A stretch of 64,000 nucleotides of DNA from the human T2T-CHM13v2.0 reference genome, Homo sapiens: the NCBI RefSeq assembly GCF_009914755.1, contig NC_060945.1. One strand, written 5' to 3'. Made by a program: the position numbers and the translations under genes. The notes beneath the pieces were generated by a model that ran no database searches, was not told the origin of the DNA, and worked only from the letters and a program-made list of their open reading frames with translations. This document shows, piece by piece, positions 25,049 to 42,090 of this stretch; within the stretch, counting starts at the first letter, position 1; every line of letters starts with the position of its first letter.

Positions 25049-25154
25049 GCAAGCAGGAAGTGAAGGGGAGGGCAGGAAGTGAAGGGGAGGGCAGGAAGTG
25101 AAGGGGAAGTGAAGGGGAAGGCAGGAAGTGAAGGGGAAGTGAAGGGGAAGGCAG
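25049..25154. repeat. Purine-rich tandem array with six GGAAGTGAAGG units
   Basis: Read directly from the sequence. Confidence 0.9.
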
Positions 25155-25883
25155 TCGCAAACCGCCCAGGTGAGCACTGAGGGTGTGGACCAACACACAG
25201 AGTCCAGCTATAAAGACTGGGAAAAAAACATCTTTTGACTCCAGGTGTTTAAGAAACTCTGTCTAATTACTATCTGAGCACTAAGCAAATGGAATAGTGA
25301 CCCCCTTCATGACAAAGAGTATAGTCATTACTAAAATAGTTTAGGAAAGTCACTTAAAAACAAAACAAAACTACTAGCCACACAACCAGCAACAGCAAAC
25401 CACAGGGAAGAGGGAGAATGTGCCATCCAGAATTATCAAATTATAATATTCCAAATGTCCAGTTTTCAACAAAAATTATGAGGCATGCAAAGAAGCAAGA
25501 ATGTATGGTTCATTCGCAGTAAAGAAAGAAAAAAAAAAGCCAAGTAGTGAAAAATGTCCTTGAAGAAGCCCAGGATTGAATTTACTGGACAAAGTCTTTC
25601 CATTAACTCTTTTAAATATACTCAAAGAGCTAAAGGAAACCATGACAAAAGAACAAAGAGAAACTAAGAAAACAACATCTCAACCAAGAGAGAATATCAA
25701 TAAAGAGAGAGATTATAAAGAGGAATCAAATAGAAATTCTGGAGTTGAAAAGTATAATAACTGATATGAAAATTTCACTAGAGAAGTCCCACAGCCGATT
25801 TGAACAGACAGAAGGAAAAATTAGAGAACAGGTAGATAGGTCAAGTGAAATACTCCAGTCTGAAGGGCATAAAAACAAAAAGA

Positions 25884-26215
<332 letters not shown>

Positions 26216-27003
26216 TTAACTGGCCTGTAGGACAACATCAAACATACCAACAGCACACTTAACAGCAGTGTCAGAAGAAGAGCAGAGAGAGAATGGAGCA
26301 CTCAAAACTATTTGAAGAAAAATGATAGAGACAGAAAGTAAAATGGTGGTTGCCAGGTGCCTGGGGGGAGGAGGAGGAATGTGGAGTTAGTGTTTAATGG
26401 GGACAGAGTTTCAGTTTTCCAAGATGAAAAGTTTTGAAGACGGATGGTGGCAATGACCGCACTGCATTATGAATGTATTTAATATCACTGAACGGTACAC
26501 TTAAAATGGGATAAATTTCACGTGTATTTAACTACAATAATTTTTTAAATATTTGAAGTAATAATGACCAAAAACTTCCCAAATATGATGAAACACATTG
26601 AATCTACACATTCAAGAAGCTCCATGAGCTTCAAGTAGAATAAACTCAAAAAGATCCACACAGAAACACAAAATTAAATTATTGAAAGCCAAAGACAAAA
26701 CAAGAATCTTGAAAGCAGGAAGAGAGAAGATTAACAGCCAATTTCTCTTCAAAAACCATGAAGAACAGAAGGCAATGGGATGATGTACTTAAAGTGCTGA
26801 AAGAGAAAAAAAACTGTCCACCAAGAAGTCTGTGTCCAATGAAATGATTCTTTGAAACTAAAGGAGAAATTAGGACACTTCTGGATAAATAAATGCTGAG
26901 AGAGTTTATTGCCAGTAGGCCTGCCCTACAAGAAATGACAGCTCAGGATGAAATCAAAGGGCACTAGACAATAACTTGAAGCCATATTAAGAAATAAAGA
27001 ACT

Positions 27004-27318
27004 GGCTGGGCACAGTGGCTCACGCCTGTAATCCCAGCACTTTGGGAGGCTGAGGCGGGCAGATCAGAAGGTCAAGGGTTTGAGACCAGCCTGGCCAACA
27101 TAGTGAAACTCCATCTCTGCTAAAAATACACACACAAAAAAAAATAGCTGAGTGTGGTGGTGGGCACCTGTAATCCCAGCTAGTTGGGAGGCTGAGGCAA
27201 GGAGAATCACTTGAACCTGGGAGGCAGAGGTTGCAGTGAGCCAAGATCGTGCCACTGCTCTCCAGCCTGGGTGGCAGTGCGAGACTCCATCTCAAAAAGA
27301 AAAAGAAGAAAAGAAATA
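27004..27318 (+). mobile_element. Alu (AluS-like)
   Basis: Dimeric Alu; flanking duplication aagaaataaagaac. Confidence 0.93.
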
Positions 27319-27340
27319 AAGAACACTAATAAAGGTATCA

Positions 27341-30285
<2,945 letters not shown>

Positions 30286-31771
30286 CCTGCCAAGGGTTTC
30301 TAAGAATGAAGCCCCTCGCTCTGCAATGCTGGATATTATCAGCATTTTAAATCTTGTTTGCTCTTACAGGTGGGAGACGTGTGTTTAAACCTGAGAAACT
30401 TTAGTTATTAATGAGATCAACTAGCTGTTCATCTCATTCATGCTTATTGGAAATTTAAAATTTTTAGTCTTCTATTCATTTCTTTTGTATCTTATCCTGT
30501 TTTAGTGGTAAGGACTTCAAATTTTTCACATTAATCTTCCACCTGTCATGGAGATTACAAGTACTTTCTGGCAGTTCATATCTTCATTTGTGTACCCAAT
30601 GATTCCTTCAGGGCTGTGATGGGAACGTCGTGGATGCTGAGCTGAGCTGAGGCATGTGGACCGGTCTCCAGCACCCAACCCTGCCGGGTTTCCAGGGGAC
30701 ATACGTTGTATGTGTTCTGGTCAAGGTTTATGCTTTCGTTCACATCTGACCCTCTGACATTCCACTGGGCATTTTATACTTGGGTCTGCTGGCTGACGGG
30801 CTTCCTTTCCCATTGTATTTCCACACTGTCATGGCAGGGGTACAGGTAGGAGGTGCTGGGTGCAGTGACTTTGTCTCTCATCCAGCCCTTCAGTGAGCGT
30901 GGCCTGGGACAGTCACTCTGATCCTAGGTGGACAATGATGTCACCTACAGATACTAGAAATTCACATCACATTTCAACATCTTGGCATGTGGCTTCAGCC
31001 AAAGTGCAAACATAGAGTAAGACCAGGCGTCCGGGCAGTGGGGCTGACTGTGGCCCCATCTGACACTTTTCTCATCCAGACCCCAAGTATCCTCCACTCT
31101 CCACGCAACCCTCACTCCACACCTGCCTCTCCAAGGTAGAGGCCCCTCCCCACCCTCAGACCCTGACCTGCACCCGCCCCTCTCAGGACACCTGACCAGG
31201 GCTCCAGGGGATGGCAGTCCAGACCCAAAGGCCAGTCCCCAAACCTTGTCCTCCTAATGAGCTGACTGTCCAGAGGCCTTGCCAGAACATTCCATCTCCT
31301 CAGAGGAGGGGAGGTCCACCCTGTCCTCCTGCCCTTGGCAGACATCAGGATCTCAGAAGATCCCAGAGCCCGCCAGGAAGCGCTGTCTTCAAGCATCTTT
31401 TCCCAACACAGGCACCTCCGTCCTGGCTCTCCCAATCTCAGCCACGCCAGCCCACCCCGTGAGGTCCCTGCAGACAGAGGCTGGGCCTCCCCCAGGCTGA
31501 GGGCCCACGCTGGGCACAGTCACGGGACCTGCCAGGTGGAAGTCACCAGGTCAGCCCCAGAGAGGCCACACCTTCCCTCCTGGTGTTCCCGGGAGACAGG
31601 CTCAGCCAGGGGCGCCGGTCCTGCCCAGGACCAGCCAAGTGTTAGGAGCAGAGTGAGGACAAGTCATGGCAAAGGAAGCAGAAATAATGAGGGTCCTCCC
31701 GGCTCCAAACACCAACACGGAAGGGGAGGGCATTGCTGAGTCTCCTGCTGGGAAAACACAGGCCCTGGGCA

Positions 31772-31777
31772 TATAAA
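31772..31777 (+). promoter_or_regulatory. TATA box of KRTAP10-10
   Basis: caTATAAAag upstream of the (CACT)n leader. Confidence 0.85.
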
Positions 31778-31868
31778 AGCCCCAGCAGCTGACAGGCTCA
31801 CACACACACTCACTCACACACTCACTCACTCACACACCTCCCCCAGCTCACCGCCTCCCCACTCCAGC

Positions 31869-32624
31869 ATGGCCGCCTCCACCATGTCCATCTGCTCCAG
31901 CGCCTGCACTGACTCTTGGCGGGTGGACGACTGCCCAGAGAGCTGCTGCGCCCCCAGCTGCTGTGCCCCAGCCCCCAGCTTGACCCTGGTCTGCACCCCA
32001 GTGAGCTGTGTGTCCAGCCCCTGCTGCCAGACGGCCTGTGAGCCCAGCGCCTGCCAATCAGGCTACACCAGCTCCTGCACACCCCCATGCTACCAGCAGT
32101 CTAGCTGCCAGCCGGATTGCTGCTCCTCCTCCCCCTGCCAGCAGGCCTGCTGTGTGCCTGTCTGCTGTGTGCCCGTCTGCTGCGTGCCCGTCTGTAACAA
32201 GCCTGTGTGCTTCGTGCCTACCTGCTCCGAGTCTTCCCCTTCATGCTGCCAGCAGTCTAGCTGCCAGCCAACTTGCTGCACCTCCTCCCCATGCCAGCAG
32301 GCCTGCTGTGTGCCTGTCTGCTCTAAGTCCGTCTGCTATATGCCTGTGTGCTCTGGGGCTTCCACTTCATGCTGCCAGCAGTCTAGCTGCCAGCCTGCTT
32401 GCTGCACCGCCTCCTGCTGCAGACCCTCCTCCTCCGTGTCCCTCCTCTGCCACCCTGTGTGCAAGTCCACCTGCTGCGTGCCCGTCCCCTCTTGCGGTGC
32501 CTCTGCCTCCTCCTGCCAGCCCAGCTGCTGCCGCACGGCCTCCTGTGTTTCCCTCCTCTGCCGCCCCGTGTGCTCCCGCCCTGCCTGCTACAGCCTCTGC
32601 TCTGGCCAGAAGTCCAGCTGCTGA
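31869..32624 (+). CDS. KRTAP10-10: Keratin-associated protein 10-10 (251 aa)
   Basis: [19 protein letters not shown]...SGQKSSC; flanking TATA and AATAAA; length and gene order match recall. Confidence 0.95.
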   Translation: MAASTMSICSSACTDSWRVDDCPESCCAPSCCAPAPSLTLVCTPVSCVSSPCCQTACEPSACQSGYTSSCTPPCYQQSSCQPDCCSSSPCQQACCVPVCCVPVCCVPVCNKPVCFVPTCSESSPSCCQQSSCQPTCCTSSPCQQACCVPVCSKSVCYMPVCSGASTSCCQQSSCQPACCTASCCRPSSSVSLLCHPVCKSTCCVPVPSCGASASSCQPSCCRTASCVSLLCRPVCSRPACYSLCSGQKSSC

Positions 32625-32879
32625 CAGCCCTGGATGTGATCCGGAGTCCCTTCCCACCAGGGGCTGACCTCCCAGCTGCCCCAGCAAGCTCTGCCCTCTC
32701 TGGCTTTGACACCCTCAGAAGGTGGGGCAGGCTCTTTGTCTTGGGGACCAGGATGCTCCCCCTGTCCTTCCCAGATGCTGGCTGCATGAGAGACCCCAGC
32801 TACTCCCCCAGACCCAAGTTCTGCAGAACTAACCCCCAGCAGGCCTGGTTCCACCCTGGGCAGCACCCCCTCTAGTTCT

Positions 32880-32885
32880 AATAAA
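32880..32885 (+). terminator. Polyadenylation signal of KRTAP10-10
   Basis: AATAAA about 255 bp after the stop. Confidence 0.8.
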
Positions 32886-34407
32886 GCCGCCTCTGTCTCA
32901 CACCAACCTCTGTCCTGTCTGTGGACCCCCGGGGGGGCACAGGGTGAGGTGGGAAGTGATGCCACCCCTGACTGCAGGGAGAGTCCTGACGCCCAGCAGG
33001 CCTGGCTCCACCCCTCTGTCTCTGTCGACCTTCCATCCTGTCTGTGGACCCCCGAGGGGCATGGGATGAGGCAGGAAGCAATGCCTTCTGGTGCTGGCCT
33101 CTGTGAACCCTGAAGGCCAGTCTCCCTCTTAGCCCCGTGGGCCCCCAACCCCAGCACGTGGCCCCCCGGCCCATCTTAGGAAAGCTGCCTCTGGAACCAA
33201 GGCCAGGAGTTTCGGGACAAAATGGACCCTGGCAGCACTCTGGGCCCCTGAGCCACATTCACCCTCCCCAGCTCCATGGCTGCCCCCCAGGCCTGGGGTA
33301 GACCACCTGGGGCCTGGCTCCACCCAGCAGCCTCACCCCTCCTGTTACCCCTGGGGAGACCAGCTATGGACCACAGTGCCCATCCCTGCAGCCCTCATCT
33401 CCTCCACAGTAAGACATTGGGACCACGCCCTCCCCCAGGACTCGAGCCCAGCAGCCCAGTATTCATGGGGTTCTGGAATACCCATTGCTCAGGCATCGCT
33501 GGCGAGAGCACAGATGGGCAGGGACCATGGCACCCACTAACCAAGCCTGCGGGCCCCCCTGCCCCATGCGGCCTCACCTAGACATTCAGGGTCCTGGCTC
33601 CCTTTTGGTCCCGTGGTCCTGGACTCTGACCCCGAGGACCCTGTCCCCGCACCCCCAGCCTCCCAGGTCTCTCCCAAATAGCCCTCAGCTCTGCCTGCCA
33701 CCCTCCGTCCCAGATGCCACGTCGGGGAAGTGGCACAAGCTGCTGCACTCTTTCCGCCAGGTCGCTGTGCGCATTTGAGAGCGCACGTCCGGCTCCAGCA
33801 AATGACCCTTGCGTGTCAATGACAGAGGCCGCCAGCCCCAGCACCAGGACCTCCCGGAGTCCCACCCCACAGAGCTCCCTGTGGTCAGCACAGCCGCCTC
33901 GCTCACTCCCCTCGAGGCAGATCACCCAGGACAACCAGCAGCAGCCGTCCCCAGGGCTGGTGGCCAAACTGACACAGCCTTGTCCACCTCCTTGGAAGCA
34001 AAGCCAAGTCCCCATGAAAGGACAAATGGGGGCCTCCAGGGACAGAGATGTTTGTCCAAAAACCTGCCCCGGTTTTTGGGGCAGCTGGCAGGGGCCGAGC
34101 CTTCATCCTAGGTCTCCGGGGCCATCCTCGGGAGGGGCTCCCCACACATGCATGTCTGAGCCCCACATCACTGTGCTCACTGATGGCCACAGGGTCAGAA
34201 CAGAGAGCCAGGAGGAGGGCCCGGGGCTGGCTCTCTGACCTCCTCCACATTTGCCATTGTCCCCACCTTCCCTGTCCAAGGCACCGACAGGACCCAGCCT
34301 GTCTGGCCGTCCCCAGGGAGGATACCTCCTGGTGGGGGGTCTCAGCTCTGACTCCTACTCTGGGTCCTCATTCGATGTGTCTTCTGCCTCATCAGAGCTT
34401 CAACCCC

Positions 34408-35020
34408 CAGTGAAAGCACCTTGGAAAACAGTTCCTCAAAATGTCACTCACTGTGTGACCCTGTGACCCTGTCAGTCCAGTTCTAGGCATCTACCCCGGA
34501 GGAATGAAACAAACGTCCACACACAGATTTCTGTGCCCATGTACACAGCACCACTGACAGTAGCCAAGAAGTGGAAAGAGCCCAAATGTCCATCAGAGGA
34601 TGAATGGACAAGCAAAACACAGCCTATCCACACAAGCAAAACACAGCCCATCCCCATGGGAATATTATTCAGCCATGAAAAGGGATCAAATACTGACACA
34701 GGCTACAACATGCATGAGCCTTGAAAGCATGATGCTCAGCGAGTGGCCACATGTGGTGGGATTCTATTTGTATGAAAGACTCAGAACAGGCAAATCCGCA
34801 GAGAAAGGAAGTAGATGAGTGTGTGACCAAGGCTGGTGGAGGGGCTCATGAGGAGTGACTGCTTATGGGTGTGGTTTTTGGAGTGGGAATGTTGTAAAAT
34901 TACATATTGGTGATGGCTGAGAAACACTGGGAATATATTAAAAACCAGTGGATTGTGCACTTACAGTGGGTGAACTTCATGGCTTGTGAATTTTCTCTTG
35001 GTCAATGTGTTAAAAACAAA
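34408..35020 (+). mobile_element. L1MB-like 3' end with an internal 24-bp duplication (~34609-34655)
   Basis: 'agtggaaagagcccaaatgtccatcagaggatgaatgg'; 'caagcaaaacacagcc' occurs twice. Confidence 0.8.
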
Positions 35021-36959
35021 TAGTCTCAGCCCTCCATTTGGGATGGCCACTGGCCAATGCCTCCACCTCCCCTTCATCCAGATAAAAATGAATGGCGCCA
35101 GAGCAGTGATAGAAAATGGAGGCATGCCATCCACAGACCAGGTCAGTAAGGATTTTCTGGGAAAGGCAAGACAAAAAGATCAGGTTCTATTGACTTTAAA
35201 TCCAACAGAAAGAAAGGCAGAAGGACTCTGAAGACAAATGACTTTTCCCGGAGACCCTAGCAAAGGGACCATACATGAGGATGACTGTGGGCACTCAGTG
35301 GTCTTTAACTGATGGGTCGAGTTCTGAAGAAGAGCCATTCCATGCCTGCAACCAGCGGGAGAACCAGGAAGGGTGGGGTTGGCCCAGGAGACTCCCAGCC
35401 TAGGTCCCAATCTGGAGAGGAAGAGGCCACGCCCCAGGAAGCTCTGGATGCCAAGATGAACTGGAGCCCCCATGTCCAATCAGCGATGAACAAGGCCCCC
35501 CTCATCAGAGCCCCAGCATCAGCTCTGGATGCAGAATATGTGTATCTATGTGCAGAAAACCTTTCAGCAATGAATGCCAAACAATCTAGACCCTCACTTA
35601 AAAATGTGAATGACAACTAAGGGTCCTCAGACATGTGAGGAAATCACAGCATGACAGAGAAGCAAAGTCTGAACAAGCGATGATGCAGATGTGAGGAAAC
35701 AAAGAGGCTGTCACTCCATGAAACAAGAACAGGGTGCTACCAAAAAGGAGGAGGAAGAGGAGGAAGGAAAACACCCCAAGTTCCAGGAGACTGAAAGCAT
35801 GACACTCTCAACACAGATGAAACTCAATGATGGTCTGCATAATAGACCCTGAAAGCAGAATTGCTGATACAGTGACCCCAGTTCAGGCAAGGATTGACCC
35901 AAACCCAATGCAGAAGGACAGAGATAAAGCCAAGAAGAGCCTGAGATCTGAGTGGGAAGAGCCCAGGAGACCCAGGGTCTGTGATCCTAACCGGGATCGC
36001 AGTGGGGAGAAAATCCAAGAATGGAAGAAAATCATCAGACCCATATGAGAATAAAAGTTTTTTGAACTAAAGGAAGATGGGATCGAGGGGATGAACACAG
36101 CTGATGACAGTGACGAGGGAGGGGTCTGGTGAAATGAATGAAGTAAAAGAAAGAGACAATAGTGCCAGGTTCTAGACAGAGGAAAGACTTCACAAGAAGA
36201 TCAAAGTTATGCAAATATGAGATGCATTGGTGGCCCAGCCTCTACCAAGGTGGAGGGAAGAAATTCCGCACCTAGACTCTGCTGTGGCAGGCTTCAGCGG
36301 GAAGGCTGTTCTTAAACAACAGGGATCCGGAAAATTTACCACCCACAATGCTTTCTGAAATTTTTACTCAGCAATTTCCAACAAGAAGAAACACGACCCC
36401 CTCTTTTCAAACGTCCACAAAAATCCACAGACACCCATCAAGGAAAATCTAAAGAAAATAAAAATAAAGTCTAATAAAAATAAGCAGACATGAAAGATGG
36501 AAAAAGAAGTATGCTCACAGATTCAGAGATTTTCCTGTTTCAGTATAAGAAAATAGTATGGGTATATTTATCCTAAAATTTGGAAATATAAATTAAATGT
36601 ACTGTGTCCTAAAAAATATAAATTACCTACCCTGAGTAACAAGACAAAAATTTTAATACAATGATATCCAGGAAAATATGGAAATGGTATTGAAAAAGCT
36701 CATTCTTCAGAAGGCAGACTCAGATGTTTCAAAGATGTATACCATCAGCCTTCAATACAAAGACTTTTCTGTGATACTTGAAATATTCCAGAGATCAGAA
36801 GAAGCCAGAGGTCCTCTGGATTCCTCTAGTAAGACTGGTGACATCCTGATGCCAAAACCAGGAATAACAGCGAGAGAGATAGGACTGTAGACCAACATCA
36901 TTTAAAAAAATAATGTAAGAGATTGTATGAACCTACAATAACAGAAAACTAAGCCACTA

Positions 36960-38020
<1,061 letters not shown>

Positions 38021-39813
38021 GAAAAAGGGATAATGAGCTATTATCAAGTAATGTATATCTTAGATCACTCAAGTTACAAAGGGTATCATTAACTATACTC
38101 ATAAAATAGAAGCAGAAAAGCCACTGGAACTCTCAGTAGATTAATACACACACATTCACACACATACACACACACATACACAAACAAACTCACTCCTTCC
38201 TTAAAAGCCTGAGGCAAAATTCATGATAAACTAAAGTAGGAAAACACTGCATGCACGAGACCAAGGCTGTGCGACAAAGCAGCAAACATCGGCTTAGTGC
38301 GGAGTTGCGGGAAGCATTTCTGTTAACTTTGGAAACAAGACCAGAGGGCTGCTGTCATCGCGTCTCCAGCATTGTGCTGGGCAGCCAGCCACGACGAAAG
38401 GGAGTCAAATAAAACAAAAGACTATGTTTTGGAAAAGAAGAATCCAAATGTGTGTCACTTGCAGAAGACCTGGCCGTGGGCCACCCTGCCCTCCAGACTC
38501 ACATCCCCTCCCGGCACCTCCCTCTCCCAGCCAGGGCCATTTAATCCCTGCCATTCAACTCACTCAGATCCCCAGAGTGTCTGCTTGATTTAAGAAATGG
38601 TTTGATCATTTGATTGTCCACAGAAGCTGCCCTGCTGGCCCCCAGTGGAAAGTTCCATGATCCAAAAAGTCATGTCTCCAGTGAGTCCAGGGCTCTACAG
38701 TTGCACCTCATGTTGTGGCTGACGTAAAAAGACTGTACGTGCACTGTGTGTGTCTGTAGTACATCCACTAATACGATGTCACCCTAGACTTCCTGGCTTT
38801 CCTATCATCTCCTGAAAGCATCACCAAGTCCTTCAGTCCCAGAAAGCGGATTAAGCACACAGATCTCACACACCTGTACTAATAATCACTGAAAGGATAT
38901 TTAAAGAGTTATAAAAAATGAAATCAAAATTATCTAACAAAAACGGGAGGCTCAGCAGGGTCCTTCATATGTTTGTAGAAAAGAGAAGCAGACAGAAACA
39001 GGTTAGGGAGTAAATTGGAGCAGGACCCTAATGCACTGGAATAAAATAGTCTTTTATTCAGAAAACTGAATGAACTGCCACCAATGAGCAGACTATCTGA
39101 TGTCCAATGAAACAAGAAAAAAACATTTAAAAACTCAAAGTAACATCATCAGAGTGAATGGATAACATATTTCATTCATCACAAGATGAAATAAAAAGTC
39201 ATAAAAAGAGAGACCAGGAAAGATGAAATTATTATTAAAAATGGAAAAACACTTCGGAGATAAGTCTTTATATTGAAAGGCTCAATAAGTTCTAACCACA
39301 GAAAGTAAAATAATGCATTAGCCTAGAAACAAAAGCGTGACACTTTAGAACAATAAAAAGAAACCCAAATGCTCCCAGAGAGTTAAGGAAAGAGAGAGAG
39401 AAACTAAAAAATGACAAATGACCAGTATCAGACTGTCATCAGCAACACTGGACATCACAAAAAAATGGTGACATGTGTTCATCATTTTGAGGAAAAGTAA
39501 TTTAAAACCAGAATTTTATACCCAGCTAAACTATCATTATAAATGTGAGGATAAAGTTGACATATTTTCAGACAAGCAAGGAATCTTAAAATGTATGTCC
39601 TAAAATCACCATATATGAAAAAGTACTTGATCTTTCACCAAGGCAAAATGAAAATTGAAATAATCCAGAGTGCAGCTTCAAATAAAACAAAGAGCCTCTG
39701 AGGGTGGCATGGAAGAGCTGAAGAGACAAAAATAAAGCTTGGATCCACCAGCTACTGAATCTCTGAGCATTCTCCTTACAAGGTGTGAGGGATCGAAGGG
39801 AGGGCCACTTAGC

Positions 39814-40107
39814 TTTTTTTTTTTTTTTGAGACAGAGTCTTGCTCTGTCACCTAGGCTGGGGTGCAATGGTGCAATCTCAGCTCACTGCAACCTCCACCT
39901 CCTGGGTTCAAGAATTCTCCTGCCTCAGCCTAAGTAGCTGGGACTACAGGCACATGCCACCATGCCTGGCTAATTTTTTGTATTTTTAGTAGAGACCGGG
40001 TTTCACCATGCTGGCCAGGCTGGTCTCAAACTCCTGACCTCGTGATCCACCCACCTCAGCCCCCCAAAGTACTGGGATTAGAGGCATGAGTCACCACGCT
40101 CAGCCAG
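39814..40107 (-). mobile_element. Alu (AluS-like)
   Basis: Poly-T followed by reverse-complement Alu consensus. Confidence 0.93.
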
Positions 40108-40311
40108 CTTCCTCTTATCTTATCGTCTGTGCCGTTTTTATTTCATATGAAGTGTACATTTTTCTCCACGTTTATGTTTTAAGATGCTAAAAGTAATAAA
40201 ATATATCTAATCATAACAGAAACAGGATAGGTGGAAACAGAATTGCTTCCTTTGGAGAAACGTTCATCTCTAAAACCTCAACTCAACAAAAGCTTGCTTG
40301 AAATATTTTCC

Positions 40312-40821
<510 letters not shown>

Positions 40822-40914
40822 GCCCCACAGCCCTGAGCACCTCACTCACTCACTCACTCACACACTCACACACTCACTTACACCTCCCCCAGCTCACCTC
40901 CTCCCCACCCCAGC

Positions 40915-41811
40915 ATGGCCGCGTCCACCATGTCTGTCTGCTCCAGCGCTTACTCCGACTCCTGGCAGGTGGACGACTGCCCAGAGAGCTGCTGTGAGCC
41001 CCCCTGCAGCGCCCCCAGCTGCTGCGCCCCGGCCCCCTCCCTGAGCCTGGTCTGCACCCCAGTGAGCTGTGTGTCCAGCCCCTGCTGCCAGGCGGCCTGT
41101 GAGCCCAGCGCCTGCCAATCAGGCTGCACCAGCTCCTGCACGCCGTCATGCTGCCAGCAGTCTAGCTGCCAGCCGGCTTGCTGCACCTCCTCCCCCTGCC
41201 AGCAGGCCTGCTGTGTGCCTGTCTGCTGCAAGACTGTCTGCTGCAAGCCTGTGTGCTGTGTGCCTGTCTGCTGTGGGGCTGCTTCTTCGTGCTGCCGGCA
41301 GTTTAGCTGCCAGCCAGCTTGCTGTGCCTCTTCCTCCTGCCAGCCGGCCTGCTGTGTGCCCGTCTGCTGCAAGCCTGTGTGCTGTGTGTCCACCTGCTCT
41401 GAGGATTCCTCTTCATGCTGCCAGCAGTCTAGCTGCCAGCCAGCTTGCTGCACCTCCTCCTCCTACCAGCAGGCCTGCTGCGTGCCTGTCTGCTGCAAGA
41501 CTGTCTACTGCAAGCCCATCTGCTGTGTGCCTGTCTGCTCTAGGGCTTCCTCTTCACGCTGCCAGCAGCCTAGCTGCCAGCCAGCTTGCTGCACCACCTC
41601 CTGCTGCAGACCCTCCTCCTCTGTGTCCCTCCTCTGCCACCCCGTGTGCAGGTCCACCTGCTGTGTGCCCGTCTCCTCCTGCTGTGCCCCCACCTCCTCC
41701 TGCCAGTCCAGCTGCTGCTGCCCGGCCTCCTGCGTGTCCCTCCTCTGCCGCCCCGCAAGCTCCCGCCTGGCCTGCTACAGCCTCTGCTCAGGCAAGAAGT
41801 CCAGCTGCTGA
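40915..41811 (+). CDS. KRTAP10-11: Keratin-associated protein 10-11 (298 aa)
   Basis: [21 protein letters not shown]...SGKKSSC; length and gene order match recall. Confidence 0.95.
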   Translation: MAASTMSVCSSAYSDSWQVDDCPESCCEPPCSAPSCCAPAPSLSLVCTPVSCVSSPCCQAACEPSACQSGCTSSCTPSCCQQSSCQPACCTSSPCQQACCVPVCCKTVCCKPVCCVPVCCGAASSCCRQFSCQPACCASSSCQPACCVPVCCKPVCCVSTCSEDSSSCCQQSSCQPACCTSSSYQQACCVPVCCKTVYCKPICCVPVCSRASSSRCQQPSCQPACCTTSCCRPSSSVSLLCHPVCRSTCCVPVSSCCAPTSSCQSSCCCPASCVSLLCRPASSRLACYSLCSGKKSSC

Positions 41812-42084
41812 GTGCTCAATCCTTGTCTCCTGCTGACTGTGTCTTTGCTGCCAAGCAGGATTCTCCAGTCTCAGGAGCCCCTGGAGTCCTCAGAATCCAC
41901 CAGCTCCATCAGTAGCCACAGAGCTGCTGCCTGAAGGGGATTTTGAGCGCGTCACACTTTCCTCCCCACTGTCTGGGAAGAGACAACCCACAAATCCCTC
42001 AGCAGGTGGACTGTGGCTTTCTGGAGCCCCCTTCTCCAAATGTGTTGCTTATACCCAATGTGACAAAGAAGAACTGCTCTAATC

Positions 42085-42090
42085 AATAAA
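42085..42090 (+). terminator. Polyadenylation signal of KRTAP10-11
   Basis: AATAAA about 275 bp after the stop. Confidence 0.8.
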
